Shown one piece after another: positions 49,938 through 62,077 of a stretch of 64,000 nt of DNA. The stretch comes from Octopus sinensis. Its lineage: Eukaryota. The stretch is from the NCBI RefSeq assembly GCF_006345805.1, contig NC_043010.1, positions 18,228,001 through 18,292,000 on the forward strand, in the 5' to 3' direction. Under the pieces are notes generated by a model. It was not told where the DNA came from, ran no database searches, and was given only the letters and a program-made list of their open reading frames with translations. Position 1 is the stretch's first letter. Each line of letters starts with the position of its first letter. Made by a program: the position numbers and the translations under genes.

Positions 49938-50803
49938 CTGAAAATGGAAATGGGAGCAGTAATTTGGTTAGGGTGGTGGTGGTGGAAGAGGAGTAATTAG
50001 GGAGTAGAAGTGGTTTAGATTAGAGCAGTGGTGATGGGGGGGGGAGAAAAGAGGAGACAGTATGGTCACATGAAGAATTAGGGTAACAGTTCTAACCAGT
50101 CAGGGCTGGCCTAACATTAACAGCTATGACACAAACCACATCAGCGTTAGACGTCTTACTTGGAAATGCAATCAATGAGACACTAGTAAGATTTGAACTT
50201 ATAACTATGAGCTCAGTAGGTTACCTCATTACCAACGTTGAAGTCAGTGTTTGTTTCTCAGAGGTGGATGAGCAGCACCAATGGCATTCCTCAGGATTCC
50301 AAGACCCATAAGAGGAAGAAAGTAAGAGTGAAGACCTGGTCCCTATAATTACAAAGAGCGTGGATGATGGTGATGATGTGGACCCTACTGAATTCACCCT
50401 GAGACCATGTGGTGGTGTTAAACTGGGCAAAGGATTAATTTTACCACCCGAGAACTGGAATGATCATTGGTAACAGACTTCCACATGATCTTTCTGAGAA
50501 ATTCCACTTAGAATGATTTGACTGATTGACCTAAGGCTAAGGTAGAAGACATTTGACCAAAGTTCTGTGCAGTGGGATTGAACCAAAAACCACCAAGATT
50601 CCATTTCTTAGCAGTAGGTCAACTTGTAAGTTCCTTGATTGTAGGTTGATGGTTCAAAATGAACTTCTTACATAGCCAGGCTCTGCAACTGCAGAAAATC
50701 TGCTCCCCATCCCCTGAAACATGGTTGATAAATAAAGAATTCAAGGAAGAAACAAGAAAATTCGAAAATATAAAAAGGAAACTACAAAAATACAAGAGCT
50801 TAC

Positions 50804-50902
50804 CTTTTTCAATGCCATGAATGTTCTGATGAGGTAAAACTTTTGTAGATTGTAGTCTGCGAGTTGTGATCAAGTCATAGATGTGTAAATAACAACCAAT
50901 AC
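50804..50902 (-). CDS. WDR6: WDR6 exon 2 (GIGCYLHIYDLITTRRLQSTKVLPHQNIHGIEK)
   Basis: AG/GT bounded, phase 1-1; similar to human GEGPDVLVYSL...HYLIHGF. Confidence 0.9.
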
Positions 50903-51924
50903 CTGGAGTGGAGCGAAATGGAAAGTGAAAAACAATTGGAGGACTTAATAAAACTGACAACTGGGGTTTGGTGCAGCTCTTTGGCTTAGCAGTTCCAGTC
51001 AAACTGTCTAACCCATGGCAGCACTGAAAACGGACGTTAAATGATGATGATGATGACACAGTGTCCATAACAAACACTCCTTTTTTTTTACTTAGATTTT
51101 GTGTATTTTATACATTATTCCTTGAATCACCTGAAGAATAATTTAGTAATGGACAAACCGACAGATAACTGATGGTTTGGACTGTTCTGCCATTCTAGTG
51201 GCATTCCACATTCTGTCCTTGTGTCACTCTGATAGCCCTGGTTACACCAAACTAAAGGAGGAACAAATTGCAATATTCCCGCTTTCCCCAAGTGGACACT
51301 CAGCTCTTTTGTAAATGTTCTACTCATTCAAGCTTTATATCTGGCATTGGTGAAATATTTACCAATCTTTCCTTCCATGACTATATACAAGTAGATTCTT
51401 TATGAACATCTACAAGTACAAATGATATTATGAAACTTTCAACTTCAATGCTTTCCCAGTTTGTTGACAGATGAGTATGAAATCAAGACTCACTCCCATT
51501 TACCTTGCTTTTATTTTCAAAAAAAAAAAGAAAAAAATTAAATTAATTGATCTTTTTGCAATTTTTGTGTTAATTGCATAACATCAACTAATTGAAGTTT
51601 TCCAACTCACTGTATTTACATGAGTTGCCCTAAACACACCTGTCATGTATTTGGAATTCAAAATTCTCTCCCATGTTACAGTTCTTGTTTGGTGGGTTGA
51701 TGTTAGCCACGTCTTACTGATAAGTCAACTTTAGTCAGTTCCTCGATGGTGGGTTAGTTGTTGGCAGTGAATTTCTTTTACTCAATAAGTAATGGTTTAA
51801 TATTTTGTCAGCTTCTCATGGTATGAGTTATTCTAGTAAGGCTTCTGTCATAGGTCGATCTTACTCATGTTCCTACAATTAATGTTATTCAAGTTTTAGA
51901 GATGGATTAAATTTAACTTTTATG

Positions 51925-52250
51925 GCACATGTCCCGGTGGCACGTGAAAAACAACATTTGAGCGCGGTCGTTGCCAGTGCTGTCAGACTGGTTCCCATGT
52001 AGGTAGCACGTAAAAAAACACCTTTTGAGCATGGTTGTTGCCAGAACTGCCTGACTGGCCCTCGTGCATGTGGCACGTAAAAGCACCCACTACACTCTTG
52101 GAGTGGTTGGCATTAGGAAGGGCATCCAGTTGTAGAAACTTTGTCAGATCTGATTGAGCCTGGTGCAGCCTCTGGCTCACCAGTCCTCAGTCAAACCGTC
52201 CAACCCATGCCAGCATGGAAAGCAGACGTTAAACGATGATGATGATGATT
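51925..52250 (+). repeat. (GAT)n-tailed repeat copy
   Basis: Same consensus. Confidence 0.8.
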
Positions 52251-52331
52251 ATCATGTGTTCTTTTCTTTTTCTCTCAGACAATTGTCTGTGGCTTGATGT
52301 AGATCTCAGCTGCTATTTCTAGCACCTGTGA

Positions 52332-52364
<33 letters not shown>

Positions 52365-52933
52365 CTGGTTTTCTAAACAGTTTCTCAGTGAGGGTTGGAC
52401 TTTTAGACAAATGGAACATAACACACAAGAAATCCGGTGAAGTCTTGGAATGTTATATTTCCTGGTGACACACTAACAGATATCTTTACAATGAATTGAT
52501 CCTTGCCAACAAAGACCCACTATTCATTTAAAACCCAATAAAGAATTATTGGTGATGGCTTTAGCAGACATGAAGGAGCTCATAATTTGTAATGACAGGA
52601 AATAAATGTAAAAAAAAAAAAAATACAACAGAGTGAAAAACAAAAAGGCAAGTCTAAGAATTAAAAAAAAAGGAGTTAAATATAAGATTGACTGAGAAAA
52701 TTAGTACAAATTTTGGTATATTTTTGTGTAGAGAATGAAGTTCCTAAAAAGTAAAGAGAATTTACTTTCAGATCAAGCATCTCCTGCATCAACTTTAATA
52801 AATTTTGAACCTGAGCACTCTACACAATACGCTTACAAGAACACAATCTCTTATCCAAATCCCTTGGCAGCAGGTATATTTGGAATTTGGAACTATTTTG
52901 ATTTTGGAAATGGTAGTATAGTATATTTCTATT

Positions 52934-53300
52934 TTGCATCCGGCACCAGACTGGGAGTTGCAAATAGACCTGAAGGGTCACCTCATCTTCCTAGAAAAGG
53001 TGGTGGTAACATCATTTTGGCCAGACAGGTTCTTGTTCTCCAAGAGTACAAAACAATCATCATGGCTAGACTCACAGAGCCCAGGGAAGACAGACTTGAT
53101 ATTTCTCAACAGCTGAAGAAAACCAAATATCAGGACTTGGTCTACAAAGCATTTGTCAAAGGATGGTATGCAGCCTCATTACCTGTTGAAGTTGGCTGTT
53201 GCAGCACTATATTGCCTGCAGAAGATTGGACTTGAACCCAAACAGCTAAAGAAAACCACAGAGTAGACAGGCATGGCAGCTGAAACCAACTCAAGGTGAC
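52934..53300 (+). mobile_element. R2/Hero-type non-LTR retrotransposon C-terminal restriction-like endonuclease relic
   Basis: DWELQIDLKGHLIF..WPDRFLFSKSTKQ then LTEPREDRL..KKTKYQDLV..GW...PVEVGC across a frameshift. Confidence 0.75.
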
Positions 53301-53729
53301 TATGGTTGATAAGAGACCAAAGATGGAACCCTTCGAGAAGCAAAGACTAATTCAGTCCTTGCTGCCCGAATCAGGTGAATTGTACAGGCTAAGGGATGAA
53401 ATGTTCATACCTTTGAGATACCTGCTGATTATGGATTCAGAAGAGCTTACAATATTTCTGTTAATCGGAGGAGGACGAAGGTGGCTATGTGGTAAAAAGT
53501 TTGCTTCGCAACCACAATGGGGCAGAACAGTTCTAATGTTTATGTCCACTGTAATGTTGTTACCATGGAGACAGTCCCACTGATGGCAGTGGAAGACCCA
53601 CTGACATGCGTGAAAGAACGAACTACAGGTTGGAAAGATGGCGTATAACAGTGTTAGAGATGGAATCCCAAAGCACTGCATTAGCAAGCTACAAGCACGA
53701 TCACCACTAGGCTAAGCACCTCTCTCACA

Positions 53730-53733
<4 letters not shown>

Positions 53734-53789
<56 letters not shown>

Positions 53790-53790
53790 T
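53734..53790. repeat. (TA)n(TG)n compound microsatellite (representative of many)
   Basis: Seen directly; others at about 11325-11400 (TA), 54490-54590 (GAGG), 62908-62945 (AAT). Confidence 0.95.
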
Positions 53791-53997
53791 CTGTTGTGTG
53801 TGGGGAGAGTCTATTGAAGAAGTTGCAAGACGCAACGAAATTTTAAAAAAATAAAAAATAAATGTGGAAATTTTACCGGTGAGTGTGTTGAACTATAAGG
53901 TACCCAAAAAGAATGACTCTCCCCAGACACAACAGAATATACTTCAACACACAAACTCACATAAAGAATCTTGCAAACCAAATACAAAAACGATATA

Positions 53998-54034
<37 letters not shown>

Positions 54035-54085
54035 GTATATATATGTATGTATGTATGTATATATATATATATATATATGTATATA

Positions 54086-54476
54086 TCTTTATATATAAAA
54101 GTGAAGTTGCGTGTCTGTCTCCTACGATTTAGATTCCTAACTACTCCCACATTTTGCGGTACAGTGTAACCAAAAGCGGGTATCTTATAGTCGTGATTCA
54201 TATTGAGCCCTTCTGGGAGTGCGCGTCTACGATGAGTCTACGGTTTAAAACAAAATTTACCATCACTTTTTCCCATTTTCAATGTATTTTTTTGCTATTA
54301 TATAAGGGAAGTAACTCTCTAAAAATGTATTATTAAATCTCAGAACGTAAAAAGCTACAGTAACATCCCCCTTTGTGGTTAGCCATATTGAGATGGCTAT
54401 TATACTTTACATCTCTAAAAATGCTTATATAGTTATTTCCCTTACAAACCCGAGCAACGCCGGGCGATACTGCTAG
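54086..54476 (+). mobile_element. Non-autonomous Helitron
   Basis: A|TCTTTATATATAAAA 5' end; cccg-agcaacgc-cggg hairpin; CTAG|T 3' end. Confidence 0.75.
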
Positions 54477-54513
<37 letters not shown>

Positions 54514-54835
54514 GGAGGGAGAGGGAGGGAGGGAGAGGGAGGGAGAGGGAGGGAGGGAGAGAGAGAGGGAGGGAGAGAGAGAGAGGGAGGGAGAAAGTGC
54601 AAACGGTGGGGTACATGTGCTACACCTCGGCCGTTCGGAAGGTTCAACACCTCATAGTAATCAGTGAGTGTATACATATAAATAAACGAGTGTATACCAT
54701 GTGTATGCAACACGTTGATATACGAACAAGCGGACTTAATTGAGAAAATATTTGTACACAAAAAGTTCTTCGACTGTGTTTAATTATGTGAGCAAATAAG
54801 GAGGATAAAGAGAGTTGAGTTGATATAATACCTAC

Positions 54836-54923
54836 CAGCTAAAACGGTGTCTCCTATTATTTTTAGGGCTGTTACTGGTCCCGACTGAAAAGCTTCTTTC
54901 AATTTTGCAGAAACATCAGCCAT
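54836..54923 (-). CDS. WDR6: WDR6 coding exon 1 (MADVSAKLKEAFQSGPVTALKIIGDTVLA)
   Basis: AAAAC-ATG-G start; GPVTAL...LAG matches the WDR6 N-terminus (human LPVTGLECVGDRLLAG); donor gtaggt; upstream acceptor tatttatttcag at 54976. Confidence 0.88.
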
Positions 54924-55227
54924 GTTTTACCGGTGTACAAACTTTAAGACGGTGTCACAGGAAAAACTCTCCCGTCTGAAATAAATAGCACAGCGCCGTT
55001 GATTCAACTGTGACACAGTAGATAAGGATGAAAGAAGTTTTGATTGAGGCCACGACATTTTTTATTTAGAAAAAGTGTACTCTGGACCTCATTACTCGAT
55101 GTGTTTGTTTTTTTCCCTTTATAAGATGTAATTTTTATGGAGCTTTAACAGCTACACTTAACAAGGCAAACGGTCATTCCATGTCTTTCGATAACTTATC
55201 TTGTGCACTTTGTGTGTATATGTGTGT

Positions 55228-55265
<38 letters not shown>

Positions 55266-57562
55266 TTCCAGAAGCGAGATCGTCTGCAGAAGTAAAAATT
55301 GTATTTATTAGTATAAAAGGCGATTTTTGGTTTCGTTTTCTTTTTTGTTTCTTTATCAGTGTACCTAAATCCAAAGGCCATCGGATGAAAATATAATTAC
55401 TTATGTCGTATATCATTCTTCGAGAATGAGAGAAACTGGTATGTCTTTTCTGAACGGTATAATCGTGTGTGCTGGGAGGGTCATTTCGCCAATAACAACA
55501 CACGCACTAGTTCAATATCGCTTCTTTATTGTTAGTCAAAGTCCTTTCGTCGCTATTCGCCATCTTCTCATGACTTGTCCTCTCCTCTCAAGGTTTGCGC
55601 TGAGTCTGTCCGAGATCTGATCTTATGCCCGTGTGTATGTACACTTGTAAGTGTGTATGTCACTGTGTGTTTGTTTAGAAGAAGGGTGAGTGTAAACGAA
55701 GAATTTATGTGTGTGTGTCTAAGTGTGAGTGTGTGTCCGTCCAGATCTGAGACCAGATTGACCTAAAAGAGATCATAGATGGCTAATGCACACACACCCT
55801 CACATACGCATACAAGCAGTGAAGCCGGTGTACACACCCACCCACCCACCCACAATCGCATGCACGCGCGGACGTGCACAAACTTTTCGTACTTGAATTT
55901 ATGGGCATGTTCCACAAAACTGATGCCGTAGCATATATTTTTCAATCATAGTTCAGCATCCTCGGTCATGGTCGGAGCAACGATGGAAGGTGCTTCTGGA
56001 CCCGCAGTCTCTCGACACTACTCAATCTTTCTGTGTTCTTCCAGTTCATTTGGCCAGAAAACCTTCAGTGGGATTTTGCTGTCTCAAATGAAACAACCGG
56101 GTTTTCTGTCCCGTATCCTCAGTGTTACGGCTTTAGATTCTGTACTGACAACAAGGCATATCTCGGGGGTTACAAGGGGTGACAAAGAATTACAAGTCCG
56201 TGCTCACCCTCCTGTTCATACACAAAACGTCAAAACGTCCTTTCCGAACCGTAGGTTCATAACGACGATTTCCTAGATTCTGTAGAGTATATAATTCCCC
56301 CGCCTGCTGAGTGGACAGGGGTAACGTGAGCTGAAGTGTTTTGCTCATGACCTCAACGCATCTCGCAGTCCAGGAATCGAAACTACAATCTTCCAATCAT
56401 GAATGCCACATGACTAAGCCACGGGCCTCCACCGTTCACACATCAGTCCTTACTACTTGTGCGCTTAATACCCGCTCGTACTTCTTTAGAGGAGCTACAA
56501 CAAATCAACGCCGTACACCTGACTCTTGTGTTACGCTGTTTTATGAACAGCGGTACAAGCTTTTGGACGGTTGTTTCGTGCATAAGCTAGTCTTTGGTTC
56601 TGAATGTCAAATAGATAATACTAGCCGATATGTCCACAAGTGTTTCATTTAATTCTTGTTTTGTGAGGACCGAAAAAGTAGCCCCTCCTTTTGTGAAACA
56701 AAGAAACCAATTTTGCATTTTGCCCCTGTCCGTTTTTCAGTGAATTCTTCTGCTTTTGTAGATTAAATTCTTATCAAGACAATGTCTTTTAATGCTATGT
56801 TTCAGCCTTTTCTTTTGTTATAACAAGAATTTCAAATATTGGAGGAGCTTGGGTAAAACTAATTCTCTATACATTAACGATGACCTCTCTCTCTCTTTCT
56901 CTCTGTAAGTTTGGAAATTGGTAAAGATGACACAAGTAAACTGCCTGAAAGTCCCGAAAGAAACGGACTGATTCTATTTTTTTTTTGCAGGTATCGCGAA
57001 TATATGCCCGTGTTAAAGCTGAACTATGTAACTGAAATTAGAAACGGCTGAGCTTACTCGATTAAATTGTGTTTAACCTAAGATGGTGGGAAATTTGACA
57101 GGTTAAGCACATATTTTACGTGTACCATCCAACGACAATGGAAACGAGCATTAAGACTGAGATTTCGATCCTTGGTTACAAATCAGTTGTTTTTGTCTTA
57201 GACTCTTGCACTGTGAATAACAGCAGTAACTGCGAAAAGAAACATATTCGGTAAAATCGGAAGACTTAGAAATGACAAGATGGACGCCCTGAATGGTTAC
57301 AAAACTGACAAAGTGTGGGTTTCGTTGTTTATAAAATATACTCACAAACAATTATTCAGCCAGTTTAATTGGTCGTAGTAATTACAGGTCCCCTTCTAGG
57401 CTCATTACGTACGTGGGATTCTCGAATGCCAACAAAAATTCTAAGGTGTGCAGTTTTGAGTCAACAGAATTTATCATAAAATGGCCTCAGTTTAATTCAT
57501 TTCAGTCGTAACTTATGTAAAATGACCGATTTTGTAAACTGGGCATGCCGTTTCTATGCTGC

Positions 57563-57585
57563 TTCTTCCGTTTGTACCGGAAGTT
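57563..57585. promoter_or_regulatory. Opposed ETS-like motifs (CTTCCG ... CCGGAAGT) in a CpG-rich promoter-like region
   Basis: cttcttccgtttgtaccggaagtt seen directly; ETS motifs are typical of housekeeping promoters. Confidence 0.35.
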
Positions 57586-57839
57586 GTTTTTTCTTCGTGC
57601 AGATTCGACGCATTTACCACGATTCTTTTATTTATTTAACTAGTGATATTTAAATTTCATTCATACATAAAAATGAGTTGAAATGTGAATAATTGGGGAA
57701 GCAGCATTACAGTATCACGCTAGGATAAGAGAACAATCTTAATAATACTAAAATTCTAAGGATGTTTGTGTGTACCTGTAATATCCCAGAAATAGTATAT
57801 TTTATCTTAATTTTTTTACATATTTATTTTCATACTTAC

Positions 57840-57900
57840 CTTCAGCAGTGCAGTACAATTTTTTGCGACATTTGGACCGCTATTTAATAATGAAAACGAG
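57840..57900 (-). other. WDR6: Probable non-coding 5' exon of WDR6 containing a 9-codon uORF
   Basis: Strong donor AAG|GTAAGTAT at 57839; the ATG exon has an upstream acceptor at 54976; uORF ATG 57871 to TGA 57842. TSS not determined. Confidence 0.45.
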
Positions 57901-57933
57901 TAAACACAATTTTTGTGTTTACTCGTGACGTCA
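57896..57933. promoter_or_regulatory. Palindrome of two inverted forkhead-type sites abutting a CRE
   Basis: ACGAGTAAACACAA-TTT-TTGTGTTTACTCGT perfect 14-bp arms (GTAAACA / TGTTTAC); TGACGTCA at 57926-57933. Confidence 0.5.
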
Positions 57934-58179
57934 ACACACATACAGAATACACACACATATAATGAATGTCATGGCTAGTCAATCAACACAAATACACGTC
58001 CGCTTTCTGTGACATATACACACACATAGTCCTCGTGCTCTCTAAGAAAAAAAACGTTGACGTTTTGACGTACACAATATTTTATTCATTTTTTTTTGTA
58101 GTTTCAGCTCAGAGCTATGGCCATGCTGGAGCACCACCGTTTTGCTATACTGTTATTACTGAGATCCTCCTCTAATATG

Positions 58180-58975
58180 TGGCACTTGGTGAAGAATGGA
58201 GTTTGATGTAGCTTCCCTCATTTGCACCTCTTGCAGTGAGGTAGGTTCGTCTGGGACTCTCGACAGGAAGAGGTCCAGCTTTGATTTAAAAACACCTTCA
58301 TCTACTTTGTGGAGGTTGCTCAGGCTCTTTGGGAGAGTATTAAAAAGCAGTGGACCCCTGAAATCCAGGCTGTTTCAGTAACTGGTCCTGAAGCACGATA
58401 GCTTTGCTGGGATCTTTGGCACTGTGCAGTGTCGACCCGTTCTGGCATTGGTGTAGCTTTCAAAGCCAAAATTAAGCACAATTCCTTCCAGGGTCTTCCA
58501 GATGTATATTACTGCATACCTCTCCCGCCTTCGCTCCAGGGGGTAGAGTCTTAGGTGTTTCAGCTTTTCCCAGTAGCTGAGCCGTTGCAAAGAGATGATC
58601 TCCTTTGTGAAGCTTCGTGGATTGCTTTAAGGTCCACTTATAATTTTACACTGTTGGTTGACCATAGCTGGGAGCAGTAATCCAGGCGGCCGAGGACGAA
58701 TGTCTTCCAGAGGACCATCATGGTTTCCTTATCTCTGGTTCTGAATGTTCTCAAGATCCATCCAGCTAGTCGTCCGCATTTTGTCGCCATCCTGGAAATG
58801 TGCACTTGGAAAGAGGCATTATCACTCATGTCGATACCCAAGTCCCGCACTGATTTAGGCTCTGGTATTGTAATTCCCTGTGGACCAGTGTACCCTGAAA
58901 GTTTCATATTCAGTTTTGGATGCTGGTAGCGCAGGGCTTGGAATTTTCCAGCATTGAACTGCATATTATTATCCT
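58180..58975 (-). mobile_element. CR1-like LINE 3' fragment (second family)
   Basis: QFNAGKFQAL..VRDLGI..LDYCSQLWS and LSYWEKLKHLRLYPLERRRERY. Confidence 0.85.
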
Positions 58976-59103
58976 AGAAATATTTTTAACTGAATGTGAT
59001 TTCAAAAATGTAAGTTGTTTGTACAGTAAGTGTTTATATTTTAGCTTTCTTTAAACAGACAATATTTCAATGTTTTTTAAAAATTATTTTAAAGTGAATG
59101 GCA

Positions 59104-59219
59104 ATCTTTCGCTTGTCATCCGGAGTTCATTAATTTCTGTTAAACTTTTTATCTATCTACTTTTGTTTTAAAGTGAAAGATGTATGTATATGTATATGAA
59201 ATGGACGTGCGTGTGTGAA

Positions 59220-59257
<38 letters not shown>

Positions 59258-59444
59258 AGAGAGAGAGAGAGTGAGTGAAGGGGTGTGTTGTCATGTATAC
59301 GTACATACATCAATACATATATATGCATGTTTTTTTGTATGTACGTGTGCATGTGAAAGAGATGAAAGAGGGAGTGAGTGGGTGGGTGAACGTGTGTTTT
59401 CTTACATATGTGTAAGTGACACATTCTCTCTCATTCTCTCACTG

Positions 59445-59495
<51 letters not shown>

Positions 59496-59630
59496 CATTT
59501 CATATACACATCCATACACTTTTCACTTTCACTTTAAAACAAAAGTAAATAGATAAAAATTTTTTACGGAAATTAACGAACAAAACCAGCTAATTCGGGT
59601 GACAGTTCTGAGGGTCAAAGCGAAAGATCA
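59104..59630. repeat. Foldback-like inverted repeat enclosing (GA)n and (CA)n tracts
   Basis: 59125-59209 versus 59490-59581 reverse-complement match; weaker outer homology. Confidence 0.75.
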
Positions 59631-61079
59631 CCCCAAGGGAATAACATTACAAAAAATCTTTCGAGTGCATTCAACATATCTCAACTCCTAAGATTTGGAT
59701 GCTATTTCTAGCACGCCCTGCTACCACCTAACAGCTATTTGCGATAAAGGACCTCAAATACCTGTTACATGGTAGCAGGGTGTGCAAGAAATAGCAGCCA
59801 AATCCTTCCTTTTCCGGGGAGAGGAGCCGTTTACGCGTGATTTCGATGTCACATTCGTTGAAAGCATGCGAAATAACCTGGAAAAGAAAAAAGAAAAACC
59901 CACGAAGCAAAATTCTGTTGCTGGGGAAACTCAGACTTTCCAGGTGACCCAACGGGTCATGGGATTGGTTAAGGGAGACAAAGAAAGGACTTTGAAATTT
60001 TACTTAAAAATAAGGAGATACAGTTAATATATTAATATAAAGAAAATATAAGGGGATGAGCTGGCAGACTCGTTAGCACGCCGGACAAAATGCGTGGCGT
60101 CATTTAGTTCGTCTTTACGTTCTGAATTCAAAAGCCGCAGAGGTCGACTTTGCCTTTCATCCTTTTCGGGGCCGATAAAATAAAGTACCAGTTGAGCCCT
60201 GCAGTTGATGTAATCAAATTATCCACTCCTCTGAAATTGCCGGCTTCGTGCCAACATTTGAAACCAATATAAAAAAAAAAAACTTGTAAATAAAAACATG
60301 GTGGGAAAGTCATTTTAGCGTCTAACACGGAGAACCGTTTATATTTCATTTGAAAATGATGACACTTCATCATATTGGAGTTTCAAGATTTTCGTTACAC
60401 CATTTGCAACCTGGTCACTGATGCGATCCCAGTCTAAGATGACTGAAAATTAGGTACATCCTTCTCCCCTTCCTCATCATCATCTATATGTGTTATCTAC
60501 GCTCCGCAGACTGAATATCAAGAATCTCCATTCGGGTATTTTCTCGGCCATTCTTACACATTCACAATGCGATGATTTAGCCCCCGTCCTTGATGCTGTC
60601 AAACAAGCTTTTACCGTTGTATATCTTGTGCTCTTACTCTCTGACCAAAGAACTGCAGCTTCATTGTTTTTTCAAAATGGTGTGGACCGGGTTTTCTCGA
60701 ACATTCTAGAATTTGGTTTTCAGTCTCTTATAAAAACCTTTCGGTGCTCATTTTTACAGCCAGATGACTCTGGAAGACAGTCAAGACAGATGACCAAGAT
60801 CCTTCGTCGTCACGAACGTAGCACAATTATTTTCAGATATTTTGGGCAAGCTGTGTGTTGCGTATCAATAGCTTTCTGCAATCTCAGAACAGCATCTCTT
60901 TCCCAGTCTGCAATTACCGTTGTTGTTGTTGTTGTTAACTGTAAAAGGCCAACGCAGTTTATCTTTATGTGCGACAATAAATTCTTCTGCTAAATGTTCG
61001 AGGGTACTGTTCAGTTACTTCTTCATGCAGCCTAAGAAACATTCATTAACTCAACCAGTCACCATAGCAGCATCGACCA

Positions 61080-61426
61080 GTGGAGGCGCAATGGCCCAAT
61101 GGTTAGGGCAGCGGACTCGCGGTTTCGATTCCCTAACCGGGCGATGTGTGTGTTTATTGAGCGAAAACACCTAAAGCTCCACGAGGCTCCGGCAGGGGGA
61201 GATGGCGACCCCTGTTTATACTCTTTCGCTCCAACTTTCTCTCACTCTTTCTTCCTGTTTCTTGTCCCCGACATCCTGCTGAGCCTGGATGCGCATTCCA
61301 TCCGTCGATGCTCTTGCTGTCGGGGGCTGACCTGCTTTCTCTTCTGCGGGTCTTACGAATAGCAAAGGACCACGTTTCGGACTTCTAGGACGAAGACCAC
61401 TTCGCTCAACAAACAAACAAACAAAA
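61080..61426 (+). mobile_element. tRNA-derived SINE with (ACAA)n tail and 12-bp TSD
   Basis: A-box TGGCCCAATGG, B-box GTTTCGATTCC; TSD CAGCATCGACCA at 61068-61079 and 61427-61438. Confidence 0.8.
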
Positions 61427-61714
61427 CAGCATCGACCAAACCTCGTAAGATTACTCGGAACATTCAATTAATCATCCGCCATATCAGTTTGAGATAGGTT
61501 GTGACAGCAAAAAGGAATGTTTAATTTTTGCGCCTAAAGACCTTATGGAACATTCTCGAAGGTTTTGGCGAGTTTATAAAAAAATGCCTGGCAAACCGTC
61601 TGTCTCTAGACCCATGTTTAATAAGATAATCTTCATCCCTCAACTTGCTCTTTTGGAGATTATTCCTGTTAGAATCGTTAAGTATGTCCTGGTATATTTT
61701 CTTTTCCTTTTTTC

Positions 61715-62077
61715 TTTTATCTTCTGTCTGTTTCAGTCATTAGACTGCGGCCATGCTGGGGCACCGCCATGAAGAATTTTCAGTAGAACAAGTACTTATT
61801 TTCTTTGGAGCATGGTACTTATTCTATCGGACTCCTTTGTCGAATAGCTAAGTTATGGAGACTTAAACACACCAACACCGGTTGTCAGGCGGTGGTGACA
61901 CACACACACACGACAGGTTTCTTTTCACTTTTCGTCAACCAAATCCACTCGCAAGGCTTTGGTCAGCGCGAGGCTATAGTAGAAGACACTTGCCCAAGGT
62001 GCCACGCAGTGGGACCGAACTCAGAACATTGTGACTGGGAAGCAAACTTCTTACCACACAGTCACGCCTGCGCCTGT
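61715..62077 (-). mobile_element. tRNA-derived SINE (ggcgcaggcgtgactgtgtggtaag head), near complete
   Basis: Same family as the 48035 head and the 880-1045 copy. Confidence 0.75.

Noticed and set aside
52735-53235. 166-aa ORF as a host gene
   Set aside because: A chimera of AT-rich intron sequence and a frameshifted Hero-type retroelement.
60490-60993. 167-aa plus-strand ORF
   Set aside because: No recognisable motif or convincing splice context. The opposite strand reads as a stop-riddled frame, suggesting an unidentified decayed element.
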